Counted from the first letter of the whole stretch, positions 9,246 through 19,917 are shown. The stretch: DNA of 60,451 nucleotides, filler included, from 7 parts of 7 records of this genome joined end to end with filler, not necessarily neighbours in it; one strand, 5' to 3'. Translations and numbers: made by a program. Notes: generated by a model from the letters alone, not told the origin.

Positions 9246-12200
9246 TTAGTTGCCTAAAATTGATAAACTTCCTTTAATTGGTTTGATATCTTCAGATTCA
9301 AATTCAATTAGATAATAGTATGCTCCGTTCGGCAGAATAGAACCATTAAACGTTCCTTTCCAATCGTTCTGATAGGATTTTGAATGATAGATTTCTTGTC
9401 CGTAGATATTAAAAACATAAACTTCCGGACTGCCAAGTTCCGAATCGTAATGAAGAATCCATTCGTCGTTATATCCATCTCCATTTGGAGTTAAGGCATT
9501 GTTTACAATTACCTGAAGTTCTTCGTTGATATTGATATCGACCAATTGACCGGCTTCTGATGATCTACAGGCATTTCCATCAACAACTAATACTTGATAT
9601 GTGCCAGCTTCCAGTCCGCTCATTTCCAAAACATGATTGTCGCTCGTAATGGTTTCTCCAGGACTAATAATATAGGTATAAGGAGCTGTTCCTTCTGAGA
9701 CTGAAATTACCAGGTTACCATCGTATCCGGATTTTACTTCACTAGTTAAAATTTGAAGTTTAGGATTTGCTTGTAAAGTGTAATCAGGTTGAGCAACAAC
9801 AAGTTCTTCTTTACAATTGCCAATGGTAATTTGAAGATTCGAATTTTCATCAGGAGTAATATTTTCAAAAACTAAAGGACTTCCGTCAGAAGTTAGTTCA
9901 GAAAGAAGATCATTACTATTTTGCAATGTATAAGTAATTCCATCTATCGTATTCGGGATTTCAATATCGATGGATTCACCTTCACAAATTTCACCAGGAG
10001 TTGCAAAACTTTCTACCGAAAAAGGAGTCAAATCAGGTACGAAAATAAATTTAGATTGATCCAATAAAATAGGAGTCGTACAAACAGCTTCGTGCGCATA
10101 AACCGAATAGGTTTTGCTACTATTTGGATATTGAGATGGAAATTTGATAGTAGAGCCATCACCAACAATGTTCGATTCGATTATATTAATTCCATCAAAC
10201 AATTGATAAAAAATAGCTGTTTCACTATCCTCTATTGATAAAACAAGCTCTTCACCAGCACAAATTGTATCTCTGTCACTAAGTAAATTTTTATCTGTTT
10301 CGGGTTGATGATGCACTTCAACATCAACAATATATCTGATATCTATAGGATCCAAACAGCGTTCTCCCATGGCTTCAATTCTATAGGTCGTAGAAGTTGT
10401 AGGTATGGTGGGATCAAAGTTAATTTCCACATTTGTACCAGACAGTGGAGTTCCAATTGGCGTATCACCATCTAGTAATTGATAAGTAACTCTGGTGTCG
10501 GTAGGGGTTAACGAAATTACTACTTCTTCACCTTGGCAAATGGTATGCTTGTCTATTGTTGGATGCAAGTGAGTTTCTGGTTGTAAACCAACATCTACTC
10601 GAACGGTTTCCGTTAAGATAACACTCGTTCCACATATTTCGTTGGTGGCTATTATCTGATAAGTAACCGATCGGAATGGAGAAAATTCAGGAAATGAAAA
10701 ACCAGATCCGGTTCCGGCGACAGGATCTCCTTCCAAATAAGTTCCATCGAACAATTGATAGTTGACTCCAATTTCGCTGGTGTCGATTGATATAATTGTA
10801 TTCTCACCAACACAAATTTCTGGTTCTGAAATGCTAACCTTAAAGTCTGGATTAGGTACTGGAATAACAGCTAAATCGATTTTATTTTCAAGATCGACTC
10901 TTCCGTTACATCCTGCCATTGTGGTTTCAACAATATAGGTTGTAGTGATATTAGGCGAAACGGAAGTGAAATTGATTGTTCCACCATTACCAATTGCAGA
11001 ACTTATTTCAGTTCCGTTGTTATCTTTCAACCAATAATCCAATCCATTTTCAGAATTTTCAACGGATATGATCACAGGAACATTTAAGCTTTCACAAATT
11101 TGAGGTTCACTTGCCAATACATTTAAATCTAATTTTGGTCCGGGATTTACAGTTATGCTAACTGAGTTTGGATACAAAACAGAACTGGCACAATTCAAAC
11201 TTCGAGCTTGTACTTGTAGGTTCTGACTGCGAGGGGGCTTAATAAAAATACTCATATCAGAGCCGTTTCCTTCAGTAGATCCTAATATTCCATCTAAACT
11301 TCCAATAACCTCATAAATAATTCCAGTTTCACTACTATTAATTGTAAACGCACTTATTTCTCCTTCACAAATTGTACTAGGGTTTAAAGTAAGGCTAACT
11401 GTAGGTTTAGGTTGTGGATTTACAATTATATCAGCTTGATTTATTATTTGATATGAGTTTTGACATTCGGTTTTAATAGCATCAACAAAATAGCTTGTAT
11501 TATTTGTTGGTGTTTGATCTGGAAAAACTATAGTTCCGCCGTTTCCGACAATTGGAGTTCCTATTGGTCCACTTGCATCTTTCAATTGATAGTTTATCCC
11601 AGATTCGGAGTTTTCAATTCCTATTACTGTTATTTCACCATCGCATATTTCTGCTGGAGTAGCTGTTAATACTAAATCCAAATTTGGTAAATCGGAAACG
11701 GTAATGTCTGATTTTAAGTTTAATGTACTTATAGTAGAACAAGCACTTTTGCTTGCATGAACTTCGTAGATTGTATTTGTAGTTGGTGATACAATAAATT
11801 CTAGGTTTCCACCAGTTCCAACTATTGCCGATCCAATATCAGTAGTTCCATCTGACAGTTGGTAAGTCACATCTGTTTCTGATAATTCGACAAATATGGA
11901 AATACTTTCACCAGAACATATATCAACATTGTTAGGAGTTAGGTTCAAATCAATTTCTGGCTGTGCATGAATGGTAAGATTTACCGTATTGTCAAGATCT
12001 TTAGCCGCAGAGCAGGATGTTGAAGAGATTTTAACAGAATAAGTTGTCGTAACAATTGGGCTTACCTGTGGAAATGAAATTGAATTTCCATCCCCAACTA
12101 TTGGAGCTCCAACCGGATTGGTTCCATTGAATAATTGATATTCCACGCCAGTTTCTGATTCGTCCAGACTAATAATCGCTGATTCGCCAACACATAATTC

Positions 12201-13166
12201 AGATTTATCGATGGATAGGTTTATATCTTTTCTAGGTTCAGCACCGACGGTAATCATTACCTTTTGATCCAAGTTGTAATAACTCAAACAACTGGCTTTA
12301 AAAGCTCTTACGGTATACAACTCTGTGGATGTAGGATTTAGAGTAAAGTTGAGAGTGCCGCCAGTACCAGAAACTGGTCCAGCCACATAGCTTGAACCAT
12401 CAAAAACTTCATAATCTACGCCTACCTGAGATGCATCAACACTTATAATTATTTCTTCTCCAGGACATATTTGTAAGTGATTGGCAATAACTGCAAGATC
12501 AGTTTTAGGGGCTGCAGCTACATTAATTAGCGCACTGTTGGTTAGTTGTATTTTATCGGAGCAATTGTTACCACTTACATAAATTCGATAGGTTGTATTG
12601 CTAATAGGAAAAACCTGAGGAAACTGGATAGTTCCACCGTTTCCAGCTCTTGCGGGAGGGAAATCATCCGGACCATTGTTTAAAAGATAATCAAAGCCAG
12701 TTTGAGTGTTATCTATAGAAATAATGCTTCCTTCTCCTTTACAAATCATATTTTCTGATGAATTGACAGGAATAGTAAGATTAGGACCTGGAAGGACTGT
12801 TACCTCTGTTGTTTCGGTTAAATCAACGGTTTCAAATGTAGTTGTGTTGGTTGCAGTTATACTATAGGTAGCTGTTGCCGAAGGTGTTAATTCAAAATGA
12901 ATTTGAGTGCCGGTTCCATTTATTGGACTGCCTGTATTTGTTCCATTTGATTTAAGTTGATATTCGACTCCAGTTTCGCTGGTAGCCAAAAAAATACTAA
13001 TGCTTTCACCTTCGCAGATGCTAGCTTTATCAACATTAATGTCAATTGAATTATCTGGAACAGCTGCTCCAGGCACCAACAAAGTGTTTGCTTGAGCAAC
13101 GAAAGTGATAATTAGTGTTGCGGAAAGAAGAAGTATTTTTTGAAAGTAGGGGTAAAATTTCTCCAT
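9246..13166 (-). CDS. T9SS type-B cargo (gliding motility-associated C-terminal domain) with 12 tandem ~92-aa repeats
   Basis: Signal peptide; repeated IC.GE...SETGVxYQL units; one SprB-like repeat; CTD NALTPNGDGYNDEW...LPNGAYYY; adjacent to PorP/SprF. Confidence 0.92.
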   Translation of the reverse strand: MEKFYPYFQKILLLSATLIITFVAQANTLLVPGAAVPDNSIDINVDKASICEGESISIFLATSETGVEYQLKSNGTNTGSPINGTGTQIHFELTPSATATYSITATNTTTFETVDLTETTEVTVLPGPNLTIPVNSSENMICKGEGSIISIDNTQTGFDYLLNNGPDDFPPARAGNGGTIQFPQVFPISNTTYRIYVSGNNCSDKIQLTNSALINVAAAPKTDLAVIANHLQICPGEEIIISVDASQVGVDYEVFDGSSYVAGPVSGTGGTLNFTLNPTSTELYTVRAFKASCLSYYNLDQKVMITVGAEPRKDINLSIDKSELCVGESAIISLDESETGVEYQLFNGTNPVGAPIVGDGNSISFPQVSPIVTTTYSVKISSTSCSAAKDLDNTVNLTIHAQPEIDLNLTPNNVDICSGESISIFVELSETDVTYQLSDGTTDIGSAIVGTGGNLEFIVSPTTNTIYEVHASKSACSTISTLNLKSDITVSDLPNLDLVLTATPAEICDGEITVIGIENSESGINYQLKDASGPIGTPIVGNGGTIVFPDQTPTNNTSYFVDAIKTECQNSYQIINQADIIVNPQPKPTVSLTLNPSTICEGEISAFTINSSETGIIYEVIGSLDGILGSTEGNGSDMSIFIKPPRSQNLQVQARSLNCASSVLYPNSVSITVNPGPKLDLNVLASEPQICESLNVPVIISVENSENGLDYWLKDNNGTEISSAIGNGGTINFTSVSPNITTTYIVETTMAGCNGRVDLENKIDLAVIPVPNPDFKVSISEPEICVGENTIISIDTSEIGVNYQLFDGTYLEGDPVAGTGSGFSFPEFSPFRSVTYQIIATNEICGTSVILTETVRVDVGLQPETHLHPTIDKHTICQGEEVVISLTPTDTRVTYQLLDGDTPIGTPLSGTNVEINFDPTIPTTSTTYRIEAMGERCLDPIDIRYIVDVEVHHQPETDKNLLSDRDTICAGEELVLSIEDSETAIFYQLFDGINIIESNIVGDGSTIKFPSQYPNSSKTYSVYAHEAVCTTPILLDQSKFIFVPDLTPFSVESFATPGEICEGESIDIEIPNTIDGITYTLQNSNDLLSELTSDGSPLVFENITPDENSNLQITIGNCKEELVVAQPDYTLQANPKLQILTSEVKSGYDGNLVISVSEGTAPYTYIISPGETITSDNHVLEMSGLEAGTYQVLVVDGNACRSSEAGQLVDININEELQVIVNNALTPNGDGYNDEWILHYDSELGSPEVYVFNIYGQEIYHSKSYQNDWKGTFNGSILPNGAYYYLIEFESEDIKPIKGSLSILGN

Positions 13167-13578
13167 TCAGTGGATTTAAGGGGTTATTTAGTGTATTAAA
13201 TTACTTGATCTTGATTGGTTTCTGTTTGTCTTAATGGTACTCTGTTAATAATCAATAAATTGTATGAAATGTTTATACAAGATATTTGCAATTTTGTTTC
13301 AATGTCTCATGATTATTACCATAACAAGAAAATGAAACAATCAAATCTTTACATTTAATAAATTTATTTGTAGAATAGCATTAACTCTATTTATATCTCA
13401 ATATGGATATGGTTTAAAAATAGTTAAATTTTTGATTAAACCTCATAAAATCAGGATAAAGCTAATGTAAAATAGTGTCAATTGATTATGGTAAATTTAA
13501 AGGATTCGATCTGAATTTGCGGCTAACTCCCAATATATTTTTATACATTTGTTTGAACCACTTAAAAGGAGTAGTAAT

Positions 13579-14025
13579 ATGCAGAATACTGAAATTGTGA
13601 AGTTGAAAGGTAAGCAGGATAATTTAGACAGAAGATATTTGAGAATGGCTTCAGTTTGGGCTGAAAATTCTTATTGTAAAAGACGACAAGTTGGTGCTTT
13701 GATTGTAAAAGACAAAATGATCATATCAGATGGGTACAATGGAACTCCATCGGGCTTTGAAAATGTGTGCGAAGATGAAAACTTTACGACCAAACCTTAC
13801 GTACTACATGCAGAAGCCAATGCTATAACCAAAGTTGCCAAATCGAGTAACAGTAGCGATAATGCTACCTTGTATGTTACAGCCTCCCCATGTATTGAGT
13901 GTGCAAAATTAATTATACAAGCCGGAATTGTTCGGGTTGTATTTTCGGAAGAGTATCACAGTTCCGACGGAAAAGACTTGCTTGAACGAGCAGGTATTGA
14001 AATGAAATATATCAGTTTAAAATAA
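13579..14025 (+). CDS. dCMP deaminase (ComEB family)
   Basis: GYNGTPSG, HAEANAI, SPCIEC; ATG 13579 preferred because promoter-like TACATTTG at 13544-13551 overlaps the longer start. Confidence 0.93.
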   Translation: MQNTEIVKLKGKQDNLDRRYLRMASVWAENSYCKRRQVGALIVKDKMIISDGYNGTPSGFENVCEDENFTTKPYVLHAEANAITKVAKSSNSSDNATLYVTASPCIECAKLIIQAGIVRVVFSEEYHSSDGKDLLERAGIEMKYISLK

Positions 14026-14030
14026 AATTC

Positions 14031-15635
14031 ATGGAATACAATAATAAAAAGAATGCCATTCTATTGCCTGTTTTACTGGCATGTGCGATAGTATTAGGTA
14101 TGTTTTTGAATTCCTTTTTTCAGAAGGGAAGTAGTGGGGAATCAACCATTTTTCAATTGCCAACGGCTAGTAACAAATTAGACATTGTTTTGGATATGGT
14201 TGAGGAAGATTATGTTGATACAGTTAGTTCGGATCGATTGGTTGAAGAAGCTATTCCTGCCTTACTTAAGGATCTTGATCCACATACCGTTTATATCCCA
14301 GCAAAGGATTTACAACGAGTAAATGATGATTTAAAAGGAAATTTTGGTGGAATTGGCGTACAGTTTGTGCGTTATCAGGACACTGTTGCCATTGTTAGAG
14401 TAATTCCTGGTGGTCCATCTGAGATTGCAGGAATAAAAGCTGGTGATAGAATTGTTAGTGTGAACGATTCGTTAATTGCAGGAAAAAAATTAAGCGATAA
14501 CAATATTATTAGCCGATTAAAAGGACCAAAAGGTACTCCTGTAAAAGTTGGCATATATCGTCGTAGCTCGAATGAGAATTTGGATATGGAATTGTTAAGA
14601 GGTTCTATTCCGGTTCCAAGTGTTGATGTTGCTTATATGTTGAATGATTCGATTGGATACATTAAAGTGAGCCGTTTTGCAGCAACCACTTATTTCGAAT
14701 TTTCTGAAGGATTGCAAAAGTTACACAACGAAGGAGTTCAGAAATTAATAGTTGACTTACGTGGAAATACTGGAGGTTATCTTGGCGAAGCTACGAATAT
14801 GATTAATGAATTTTTGTCTAAAGGCAAGATGATCGTTTACACCCAAGGAAAAGCTCAACCAAAAACTGATTACATGTCAACAGGTAACGGGCAATATCAG
14901 GATTTACCTATTATGGTTTTAATTGATGAGGCTTCGGCTTCAGCAAGTGAAATTTTTGCAGGTGCTATTCAGGATAATGACCGAGGAAAAATTGTTGGCC
15001 GCCGTTCGTTTGGTAAAGGATTGGTGCAAGAACAGCGTAGGTTGCCTGATGGTTCAGCATTGCGATTGACAGTAGCACGTTATTATACACCAACCGGAAG
15101 ATGTATTCAAAAGCCATACAATAATGGAAAAGAGGAATATTATAATGATATCAACCACCGATTTTTAAATGGAGAATTTCAAAAGAAAGATTCCATTCAT
15201 TTTAACGATTCTTTGAAGTTTACAACGCCTGGAGGTAATGTGGTTTATGGCGGAGGTGGAATTATGCCAGATGTTTTTATTCCTGTTGACACTTCGGGAT
15301 ACTCCAACTATTTTAGAGACCTTAGAACCAAAGGAATTATCTATCAGTATGCATTCGCTTTTGTAGATAAGAATCGCCAGGAGATGTTGAATCTTAAAAC
15401 ACATACTGAGGTTTTATCTTACCTTAAAAACAAGAATATTATTAGCAAGTTGGTTGCTTTCGCAGATAAAAAAGGTGTTAAGCCCGATTCGAAAGGATTG
15501 CGCCAATCGCGTACAGTAATTGAAACTCAATTGAAAGCATATATTGCCAGAGATGTAATTGATGATATAGGATTTTACCCAATAATTAAAGATTTGGATA
15601 AAACATTACTGGAAGCTGAACAGATGTTTAATTAA
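14031..15635 (+). CDS. S41 family carboxy-terminal processing peptidase
   Basis: LDPHTVY, PDZ domain (FGGIGV), DLRGNTGG, SASASEIFAGAIQD, SFGKGLVQ. Confidence 0.95.
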   Translation: MEYNNKKNAILLPVLLACAIVLGMFLNSFFQKGSSGESTIFQLPTASNKLDIVLDMVEEDYVDTVSSDRLVEEAIPALLKDLDPHTVYIPAKDLQRVNDDLKGNFGGIGVQFVRYQDTVAIVRVIPGGPSEIAGIKAGDRIVSVNDSLIAGKKLSDNNIISRLKGPKGTPVKVGIYRRSSNENLDMELLRGSIPVPSVDVAYMLNDSIGYIKVSRFAATTYFEFSEGLQKLHNEGVQKLIVDLRGNTGGYLGEATNMINEFLSKGKMIVYTQGKAQPKTDYMSTGNGQYQDLPIMVLIDEASASASEIFAGAIQDNDRGKIVGRRSFGKGLVQEQRRLPDGSALRLTVARYYTPTGRCIQKPYNNGKEEYYNDINHRFLNGEFQKKDSIHFNDSLKFTTPGGNVVYGGGGIMPDVFIPVDTSGYSNYFRDLRTKGIIYQYAFAFVDKNRQEMLNLKTHTEVLSYLKNKNIISKLVAFADKKGVKPDSKGLRQSRTVIETQLKAYIARDVIDDIGFYPIIKDLDKTLLEAEQMFN

Positions 15636-15657
15636 TAGCTTTTCGATAATATAAATG

Positions 15658-15688
15658 AAAGACTCGCATAATTGCGGGTCTTTTTTTT
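15658..15688 (+). terminator. Intrinsic terminator
   Basis: AAAGACTCGCA-taat-TGCGGGTCTTT with T-tract. Confidence 0.8.
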
Positions 15689-15783
15689 GCTCTGAATTAA
15701 ACCTTTTAAAATTAGAGCAGTCAAACTCCCGAAATCGATTTTAATAGAGCAATATTTTAGTAAAGGATTTAAAATTAGACAAT

Positions 15784-16626
15784 ATGAAAAAGATAGCAAT
15801 TATAGGAATGATATGCATGTTCTTTGCAGCAGGAACAACAAGTTTGTTTGCACAACAAGGACGTAAGGGTAGAAATATGCAAAAATCTACATTAAGCGAA
15901 GAGCAGAAGGAACAAATGAAAGAGGTTCGCATTAAGCATGCTTCCAAGACCAAGGATTTACGTAACGAATTAAATGAGTTGCAGGCACGTCAGAAAACTC
16001 TGATATCGGCTAATCAGCCAAATAAAAAAGAGGTTTATGCCAATATCGATAAAATGAGTTCAATTAAAAAAGAATTGAATCTTACACGAATTGACATGCG
16101 ATTGGAAATGCGTTCGTTTCTAGATGAGGAACAGCTTTTAAGAGTTGGTAACAGATCAGGTTTTAAGAATGGCATGAATGGAAAACATGGTCAAAAAGGA
16201 ATGCGACAGGGTAGGGGTCATGGAAAACGACATGCTGCCAATTGCGACAAGCAGGTTTGCGATGGAACTGGTGTTGGAGCTAAAGGCAAAGGTGCTAACA
16301 TGCAAAAACGTAATATGCTTGATTTAAGTGATGAGCAAAAGACACAGATGAAAGATTTGCGTATTGCTCATATGAAAGATACCAAAAGCTTAAGAGATGA
16401 AGCTGAATTAATCAGACTAAAACAAAAGCAAATGATGACATCTGAGAATCCTTCAATGTCTGATTTAAAAACAAATGTAAACCGTTTGTCTGAGATTCAA
16501 AATCAGTTGGCAAAAAAGAGATTCGATAATCAGTTAGAGATTCGTAAAATATTAGATGAGGATCAGTTGGTACTTTTCTTAAACCGCCCTGGTAAAGGAT
16601 TTAAACAGGGACGCAGAGCGTTGTAG
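15784..16626 (+). CDS. Periplasmic Spy/CpxP/ZraP-like protein with two tandem domains
   Basis: Signal peptide; two LSxEQKxQMK...LDExQL units separated by a Gly/Lys/Arg-rich linker. Confidence 0.75.
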   Translation: MKKIAIIGMICMFFAAGTTSLFAQQGRKGRNMQKSTLSEEQKEQMKEVRIKHASKTKDLRNELNELQARQKTLISANQPNKKEVYANIDKMSSIKKELNLTRIDMRLEMRSFLDEEQLLRVGNRSGFKNGMNGKHGQKGMRQGRGHGKRHAANCDKQVCDGTGVGAKGKGANMQKRNMLDLSDEQKTQMKDLRIAHMKDTKSLRDEAELIRLKQKQMMTSENPSMSDLKTNVNRLSEIQNQLAKKRFDNQLEIRKILDEDQLVLFLNRPGKGFKQGRRAL

Positions 16627-16650
16627 ATAATAAATTTGGATTTAAAGATT

Positions 16651-16678
16651 AGAGGTTCCTATAGACAGGAACCTCTTT
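16651..16678. terminator. Terminator between convergent genes
   Basis: AGAGGTTCCT-atagac-AGGAACCTCT. Confidence 0.75.
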
Positions 16679-16683
16679 ATTAT

Positions 16684-18048
16684 TTATATCGCTTTCGAAA
16701 ACATTATATCGCCACCCTTTTGTGAGTAGCGCAGCTTGTTGTCGAATGGTTTGGCAATGTTTCTTAGGAATATCATACCTAAATCGGTAACCACGAGTTT
16801 TTCATCGGTCAGTTCAATAATTCCTTCTTTTTGCATTACATCCAGTTCATCCATAATCCTTTCAGGAAGGTATTTCTTCAGCTCATCGGTAAAGAAGAGC
16901 TCACGACGGCAGGTAATGTCTAAAATCGCACGTTTTACTCTTAAATCTTCATCTGTTAAGAAATAACCTTTTACCAAATCCAACTCATTTTTTTCACAAG
17001 CAGCATCGTACAAATCAATTTCCTTTGGATTTTGAGCGTAAGCATATTTCGCATCGGAAATGGATGAGGCACCCAAACCGATTAATAATTCGGTGTGCGA
17101 GGTATTGTATCCCATAAAATTACGGTGCAAGCGTTTTTCTTCACGTGCAACATACAATTCGTCGTGTGGTAATGAGAAATGATCCATGCCCACATCGCTG
17201 TAATTCAGTTCTGCTAATTTTTCTTTACCCAAATCGTACAAAGCTCTTTTGCCTGCACTATCCGGAATATCAGCATCGGTAAACATGCGTTGACCTTTGG
17301 TTTTCCATGGTACATGAGCGTAGGAGTAATAGGCAATTCTATCTGGTTTCAATTCCGATACTTTTTCAAAAGTATCTCGAATCGAGCTTGTTTTCTGTTT
17401 TGGCAATCCGTAAATCAAGTCGAAGTTCACCGATTTGTAGCCAATTTCTCTGGCAATCTCAGTTACTTCTTTCACAATCTCGAAACTCTGCTTGCGATTG
17501 ATTACACGTTGAACTTCGGGATCGAAATCCTGAACACCATAACTTACTCTGCGGAAACCAACATCGTATAATGCCTGCAAATGTTCTCTTGTAGTGTTGT
17601 TTGGATGTCCTTCGAAACTAAATTCGTAATTCTCATGCAGTTCTGCATTTTCCTTTAATCCGATAATCAGCTTCTTTAAATTTTCGGGACTAAAGAAGGT
17701 TGGTGTTCCTCCACCTAAGTGTAGTTCACGAAGAATTGGTTTTTCTCCAAAAGTATTCAAATAGATTTTCCACTCTTGAAGAACTGCATCAATATATTTA
17801 TCCTCAACACCATGATTTCGGGTAATTACTTTTGTGCAGGCACAATAGGTACACAGTCTTTCACAATAAGGCAAATGCACATAAATACTAATTCCTTTAC
17901 TTGCATTCGATTCGTTGAAAGTACGTTTCACCACCTTTAGCCATTCCGAAGCATCAGGTTTTTCGTTGCCCCAAAAAGGAACGGTTGGATAACTGGTATA
18001 TCGTGGTACGGGTACGTTATACTTGTCGATTAAGAGTTCTCTGTCCAT
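16684..18048 (-). CDS. hemN: Oxygen-independent coproporphyrinogen III oxidase
   Basis: PRYTSYPT, HLPYCERLCTYCAC, GGGTPTF, GMDHF, RNFMGY; ATG at 18048. Confidence 0.95.
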   Translation of the reverse strand: MDRELLIDKYNVPVPRYTSYPTVPFWGNEKPDASEWLKVVKRTFNESNASKGISIYVHLPYCERLCTYCACTKVITRNHGVEDKYIDAVLQEWKIYLNTFGEKPILRELHLGGGTPTFFSPENLKKLIIGLKENAELHENYEFSFEGHPNNTTREHLQALYDVGFRRVSYGVQDFDPEVQRVINRKQSFEIVKEVTEIAREIGYKSVNFDLIYGLPKQKTSSIRDTFEKVSELKPDRIAYYSYAHVPWKTKGQRMFTDADIPDSAGKRALYDLGKEKLAELNYSDVGMDHFSLPHDELYVAREEKRLHRNFMGYNTSHTELLIGLGASSISDAKYAYAQNPKEIDLYDAACEKNELDLVKGYFLTDEDLRVKRAILDITCRRELFFTDELKKYLPERIMDELDVMQKEGIIELTDEKLVVTDLGMIFLRNIAKPFDNKLRYSQKGGDIMFSKAI

Positions 18049-18175
18049 AAAAAAATACTTTATCGGTAATTCATACAAAGATATCTTTTTTTATAAGAAT
18101 TGAGATATTGGGAAGTGGTAATCACGATTTGCTAAAGATTTTGTAAATTCATCATGCTCAAATAAAAAATTGAAG

Positions 18176-19252
18176 ATGATGAATGCGAATGAAATTGTAG
18201 TTGTGATTAATCCTGGTTCAACCTCAACCAAAGTAGCCCTTTATAACAGAACCGAATTGCTTGATGAGATGATCACTCGTCATTTACAGAAAGATTTGGA
18301 TCGTTTTGAGCGTGTGACTGATCAGTTTGAATATCGATATAAAATGGTAGAAAAGGGATTGGATGAAATGCTATGGAAAAAAGAACTTAAAGTTGTTGGT
18401 ATTGTTGGTAGAGGTGGAATAGTAAAGCCTTTAGAAGGTGGAACGTATCGCATTAATCAAGCTTTTTTAGAGGATGCCAAAATGGGAAAATATGGCGATC
18501 ATGCATCTAATTTAGGAAGTATGTTGGCTAATAAATTATCAAAGCATTTTAATTTAAACGAAAGTTATACGGTAGATCCGGTGTCAGCAGGGAATATTGT
18601 TGAGAAAGCCAGAATATCAGGAGTTCCTGGAATTGAGAGAAATAGGAGAGGACATCCGTTGAATATGAAAATGACTGCCAGGAAGATTGCATTGCAACAA
18701 AACATACCATACGAAGTGGCAAAGTATGTAATTGCACATTTGGGAGGTGGAATATCCATTGCAACAGTCGAAGGTGGGAAAATTACCGATGTGAATGATG
18801 CACTAATGGGAATGGGACCTTTTTCACCAAACAGGGCAGGAGCCATTCCAACACGAGGAATTATGGATTTGTGCTATTCGAAACCACGAAAAGAAGTGGA
18901 GCAGCAATTGAGTAAAAACAGTGGATTAAAAGCTTATTTGGGAGTTGATGATTTGCGTGATGTTTTCAAACTAATTGGAGCAGGGAACGAAAAAGCAAAA
19001 TTGGTATATGAAGCATTTGTTTATCAGATTGCAAAAGAGATTGGCGCCTATCATACTGCATTGAAGTGTAAAGCCAATGGTATAATTATTACAGGAGGTA
19101 TTGCTTATTCTGATCGATTTATTGCAGATTTGAAAGAGTACGTTGGTGGTTTAACCGATTTTTTTGTTTATCCTGGCGAAAATGAAATGGAAGCATTAGC
19201 CGAAGGAGCATTTAGAGTGCTCGATGGAAAGGAAGTTGCATTAGAATATTAG
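18176..19252 (+). CDS. buk: Butyrate kinase
   Basis: VINPGSTSTKVA, GRGG, HASNLG, HLGGGISI, GPFSPNRAG, PGENEMEALA. Confidence 0.93.
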   Translation: MMNANEIVVVINPGSTSTKVALYNRTELLDEMITRHLQKDLDRFERVTDQFEYRYKMVEKGLDEMLWKKELKVVGIVGRGGIVKPLEGGTYRINQAFLEDAKMGKYGDHASNLGSMLANKLSKHFNLNESYTVDPVSAGNIVEKARISGVPGIERNRRGHPLNMKMTARKIALQQNIPYEVAKYVIAHLGGGISIATVEGGKITDVNDALMGMGPFSPNRAGAIPTRGIMDLCYSKPRKEVEQQLSKNSGLKAYLGVDDLRDVFKLIGAGNEKAKLVYEAFVYQIAKEIGAYHTALKCKANGIIITGGIAYSDRFIADLKEYVGGLTDFFVYPGENEMEALAEGAFRVLDGKEVALEY

Positions 19253-19255
19253 GAT

Positions 19256-19756
19256 ATGAAAGTTATTTTCTCACATGGAAAAGAGAGTGGTCCTTGGGGA
19301 ACCAAAATAAAACGTTTGGCGAAAATTGCCAGAAAACATACTTGCGAAGTGGATAGTCTTGATTACAGAGCGTATCAAAATCCTGATGACAGGGTATATC
19401 AACTTCTTAATTATTTAAATGATGAGAAAGAAGAATTCATTTTAGTTGGTTCAAGTATGGGCGGCTATGTTTCCTTGGTAGCTTCGGAAAAAGTAGTGTC
19501 AAAGGGTTTGTTTTTGCTGGCTCCTGCTTTATTTCTTGAAGGGTATCAAAAACAAGATTATAGGACCAAGTGTGCAGATATAGAAATTATTCACGGATGG
19601 AAGGATGAAGTAATTCCATATCAGAACTCGGTAAAATTTGCTAAAAATGTAGATTGCTCCCTTCATTTGATTAGCGGCGATCATCGTTTGAATTGTTCTT
19701 TAGAAATTGTAGAAAACTTGTTTGAACAGTTTCTTCTTAGAATATTGCATGACTAG
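19256..19756 (+). CDS. Small alpha/beta hydrolase (YqiA/YcfP-like)
   Basis: FSHGKESGP, nucleophile elbow GSSMGG, IHGWKD, GDHRL. Confidence 0.85.
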   Translation: MKVIFSHGKESGPWGTKIKRLAKIARKHTCEVDSLDYRAYQNPDDRVYQLLNYLNDEKEEFILVGSSMGGYVSLVASEKVVSKGLFLLAPALFLEGYQKQDYRTKCADIEIIHGWKDEVIPYQNSVKFAKNVDCSLHLISGDHRLNCSLEIVENLFEQFLLRILHD

Positions 19757-19763
19757 AAATAAA

Positions 19764-19791
19764 AAATGCCATCTCAATTGAGATGGCATTT
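19764..19791 (+). terminator. Perfect 28-bp palindrome, probable terminator
   Basis: AAATGCCATCTCAA|TTGAGATGGCATTT right after the stop, at the contig end. Confidence 0.7.
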
Positions 19792-19891
19792 NNNNNNNNN
19801 NNNNNNNNNNNNNNNNNNNNNNNNNNNNNNNNNNNTTAATTAATTAANNNNNNNNNNNNNNNNNNNNNNNNNNNNNNNNNNNNNNNNNNNN
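19792..19891. other. Artificial contig spacer
   Basis: N44-TTAATTAATTAA-N44. Confidence 0.99.
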
Positions 19892-19917
19892 AAAGCTAGT
19901 TAATTATATACTAACTC

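Noticed and set aside
13294..13340. TTGTTTCA...TGAAACAA inverted repeat in a divergent intergenic region
   Set aside because: Only 8 bp, widely spaced and AT-rich; consistent with chance.
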